From positions 1 to 26,213 of the forward strand of contig CAZPAL010000001.1 in assembly GCA_964584525.1 (NCBI GenBank): a DNA stretch of 26,213 bases. Reading direction: 5' to 3'. Position 1 is the stretch's first letter. Every line of letters begins with the position of its first letter. The notes under the pieces are model-generated. The model worked only from the letters and a program-made list of their open reading frames with translations, searched no databases and had not been told where the DNA came from. Below are positions 24,084 through 26,213 of the stretch, in pieces. Origin of the DNA: an uncultured Dehalococcoidales bacterium (lineage in GTDB: Bacteria; Chloroflexota; Dehalococcoidia; Dehalococcoidales; UBA1222). Position numbers and translations under genes: made by a program.

Positions 24084-24959
24084 ATGACACTCAGATTTGG
24101 CGGCGGCATGGCGGCAATGCTGGCTGTCTGCGTCCTGCCGCTATGCGGCGGCTGCGCGGAACCCGAAGGATTCGCTGTTTACCTGACGGAAGGGGATATA
24201 CCCCCGGTCCGCATGGAAGCCCTGAGCCACGTAAAAATTGCCGGCCGGCCGGTTGTGAGCGTCGAAGACATCATCACCTACAACGCCGGCACTCATGAAA
24301 TTACCCTGACTGCCGGCGCCTACGAACGTGTTTCCAACCTGGCTGTTCCAACACACGGACGCTCGTTCGTGGTGTGCGTTGATAGAGCGCCGCTATACTG
24401 GGGGGCTTTCTGGACACCGATTTCTTCCCAGTCGTTTTCCGGTGTGGTCATTCAAAAGCCGTTCGGCCCCGCAACCGGCACGACTATCAAAATAGAAATG
24501 GGGTATCCATCCCCCGCTTTTCGGCAAGGCGCGGACCCCCGCGAAAACGCGGACGTTTTAGCTTCCCTTCAGCAAGCCGGCAAGCTAATCAACACCCCGC
24601 CTTCAAGCATGCTGCCACCCATGATGAAGGGTTACGAGCTGTATTCCTGGGTGGAAGATGACCGGTGGCACTTCGTGCTGATGCCGGGCACCAATCGTAA
24701 CAAGACGCTAGCCGAGGTCGTCGCCGTCAAAAACGGGATTTCCATGGACGGATGGGCTCATGTAACCGGGATGACGGCTCTCGACGACCTGATGCGCCGA
24801 CTGCCCCCGCATGAATACGTCTCCTGGCTGGGCGAACTGCGGGAGGAGGCGGCAACCTGCTGTGCCGTCAACATCACCCTCCCGCCGCCGGCCGCAGTGG
24901 AAACGGTGAAAACGACCGCCGCCGCCTGCTCATTGAATCTGAGCGTGCCGGCGCCGTAA
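24084..24959 (+). CDS. Two-domain hypothetical lipoprotein, about 291 aa
   Basis: Signal peptide ending CGGC. TATAAT at 24050-24055 and GGAGG SD support ATG 24084. No function recognised. Confidence 0.75.
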   Translation: MTLRFGGGMAAMLAVCVLPLCGGCAEPEGFAVYLTEGDIPPVRMEALSHVKIAGRPVVSVEDIITYNAGTHEITLTAGAYERVSNLAVPTHGRSFVVCVDRAPLYWGAFWTPISSQSFSGVVIQKPFGPATGTTIKIEMGYPSPAFRQGADPRENADVLASLQQAGKLINTPPSSMLPPMMKGYELYSWVEDDRWHFVLMPGTNRNKTLAEVVAVKNGISMDGWAHVTGMTALDDLMRRLPPHEYVSWLGELREEAATCCAVNITLPPPAAVETVKTTAAACSLNLSVPAP

Positions 24960-24969
24960 CCGGCACCGC

Positions 24970-25284
24970 TTACTTTTTAGCCTTGTCCATCTTTATTATT
25001 TCGGCCTCGACTTCACCGGCTCCCTCGCGGTAGAATCCTTCCTCGTCCGGCGCGAGGTGCTTGAGCAGCCTCAGAAATTCGCCGGCATGCACTCTTTCTT
25101 CGTCGGCGATATCCTTGAGTACCTCGATAGCCAGCTTGTCGCTGATAGATTCAGCCAGCTGCATGTAGAGCTGCACAGCCTCATATTCGGCGGCCACCAT
25201 AAAACGGATGGCGCGAACCAGTTCGGCATGGGTCAGCCTGCGTTCGCTGGCCAGCCCCGAAAACGATGAACCAAAACCCGGCAT
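24970..25284 (-). CDS. Small ferritin-like protein (encapsulated-ferritin/Flp-like), 104 aa
   Basis: Helix pair with AEYEAVQLY and DIADEERVHAGEF (E..E / ExxH ferroxidase pattern). SD AAGGAGG. Confidence 0.85.
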   Translation of the reverse strand: MPGFGSSFSGLASERRLTHAELVRAIRFMVAAEYEAVQLYMQLAESISDKLAIEVLKDIADEERVHAGEFLRLLKHLAPDEEGFYREGAGEVEAEIIKMDKAKK

Positions 25285-25318
25285 TTCAGCCTCCTTAGTT
25301 TTATTTAGTCTGTGTTAA

Positions 25319-25348
25319 AATATGGCTGTTTAAGCTGGCACTTGTCAA
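25319..25348 (-). promoter_or_regulatory. Candidate promoter for the ferritin-like gene (TTGACA-N18-CATATT)
   Basis: Perfect -35 (reverse complement of TGTCAA, 25343-25348) and a weak -10. Confidence 0.45.
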
Positions 25349-25386
25349 GCCGTATCGGCGGTTAAAGCCTTCGCCAGGGGCTCCTG

Positions 25387-25415
25387 TTCAGACGGCCTTA
25401 GATTTGGGATATAAT
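25387..25415 (+). promoter_or_regulatory. Candidate promoter for hisF (TTCAGA-N17-TATAAT)
   Basis: Consensus -10 at 25410-25415 and a 4/6 -35 at 17-nt spacing. Confidence 0.5.
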
Positions 25416-25460
25416 AGCGGTGCCACGTTCAAAATAACGGCTGATGAAAGGATTCCTTTG

Positions 25461-26213
25461 ATGAAAATAATCAAGATTATGCCCTGCCTGGATATGAAAA
25501 ACGGGCAGGTGGTGAAAGGCGTGAATTTTGTGGACCTGAAATACGCCGGCGACCCAGTCGAGAACGCCGTGTTTTACCAAAAGGAAGGCGCCGACGAACT
25601 GGCCATGCTGGATATTGCCGCCACGCTGGAAAACCGCAAAACCCGGCTGGAGTGGATTAGAAGCGTCTCAGCCGTCATCGACATCCCGCTGACTGTGGGC
25701 GGCGGCATCGCCTCGCTTGAGGACATTGAGCTGGTGCTCGGCGCTGGGGCCGCCAAGGTCTCGATTAACAGCGCGGCGGTTAAAAACCCTGAATTGATAC
25801 GGGAATCCTCCCGGCGGTTCGGTCTCGAAAGGATTACGGTTGCCATCGACGGGCTCAGAAACAACGAAATGCCGTCGGGTTTCGAAGTGATGGTCTCCGG
25901 CGGCACCCGCACAGCCGGGCTGGATGTCACCACCTGGGCGCTGGAATGCGAGGAGCTGGGCGCGGGAGCCATACTGCCGACCAGCATGGACGGCGACGGC
26001 ACGCAGAAAGGCTACGACCTGGATTTTACCCGGGCGGTGTCGGAAGCGGTTGGCCTGCCGGTCATCGCCTCAGGCGGCGCGGGTACGCTGGAACATTTTT
26101 ACGAAGCCGTGGACGAAGCCGGCGCTGAAATCCTGCTGGCCGCCTCCGTTTTCCATTTCCGCATCCTGAGTATCAGACAGGTCAAAGAATACTTGAGAGA
26201 AAGAGGCCTCCGG
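25461..26213 (+). CDS. hisF: Imidazole glycerol phosphate synthase cyclase subunit (partial; 251 codons, runs off the window end)
   Basis: Translated by hand (absent from the ORF track because no stop is in the window): MKIIKIMPCLDMKNGQVVKGVNF..GDPV..DELAMLDI..PLTVGGGI..KVSINSAAV..VAIDG..TSMDGDGT..GYD..PVIASGGAG..LAASVFHF. Confidence 0.93.
   Translation, partial: MKIIKIMPCLDMKNGQVVKGVNFVDLKYAGDPVENAVFYQKEGADELAMLDIAATLENRKTRLEWIRSVSAVIDIPLTVGGGIASLEDIELVLGAGAAKVSINSAAVKNPELIRESSRRFGLERITVAIDGLRNNEMPSGFEVMVSGGTRTAGLDVTTWALECEELGAGAILPTSMDGDGTQKGYDLDFTRAVSEAVGLPVIASGGAGTLEHFYEAVDEAGAEILLAASVFHFRILSIRQVKEYLRERGLR

Noticed and set aside
25461-26213. hisF as a pseudogene (missing from the ORF track)
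   Set aside because: The frame is open for 251 codons to the window edge. It is truncated by the window, not disrupted.

Overview
26.2 kb, high-GC bacterial chromosome window. The lineage is probably Dehalococcoidia/Chloroflexota; this is inferred from the fused mannosylglycerate synthase/phosphatase and the general gene style, and I could not confirm it. It holds about 28 CDSs. I found no rRNA, tRNA, CRISPR array or transposase. The left part is housekeeping: PAP2 phosphatase, metallophosphoesterase, rsmA-ispE-plsY-rubrerythrin, CCA-type nucleotidyltransferase, a P-loop kinase with dCMP deaminase, and mgsD. Two intergenic mosaics of REP-like palindromes sit at 1-408 and 6072-6195 and share three modules in shuffled order. 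The best candidate for an undescribed system is 11675-21319. It has two paralogous MenA/UbiA-type prenyltransferases with non-canonical motifs. One is co-transcribed with a NitT/TauT-type ABC importer, and the other lies downstream of a cobalamin-binding radical SAM enzyme. They enclose a membrane-embedded sensor kinase and a NarL-type regulator that lacks the conserved receiver lysine, and a Cys/Met PLP enzyme is transcribed divergently. My hypothesis is an 'import-prenylate-methylate' module that makes a membrane-anchored quinone-like or lipid product. The right part has stress/accessory genes (DUF981-like, GNAT, USP, a PRC-barrel/YjzC-like fusion, a lipoprotein and an encapsulin-cargo-like ferritin). 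It ends in a HisF that runs off the window and whose glutaminase-coupling residues are substituted. Family names come from motif recognition by eye, not from database searches.
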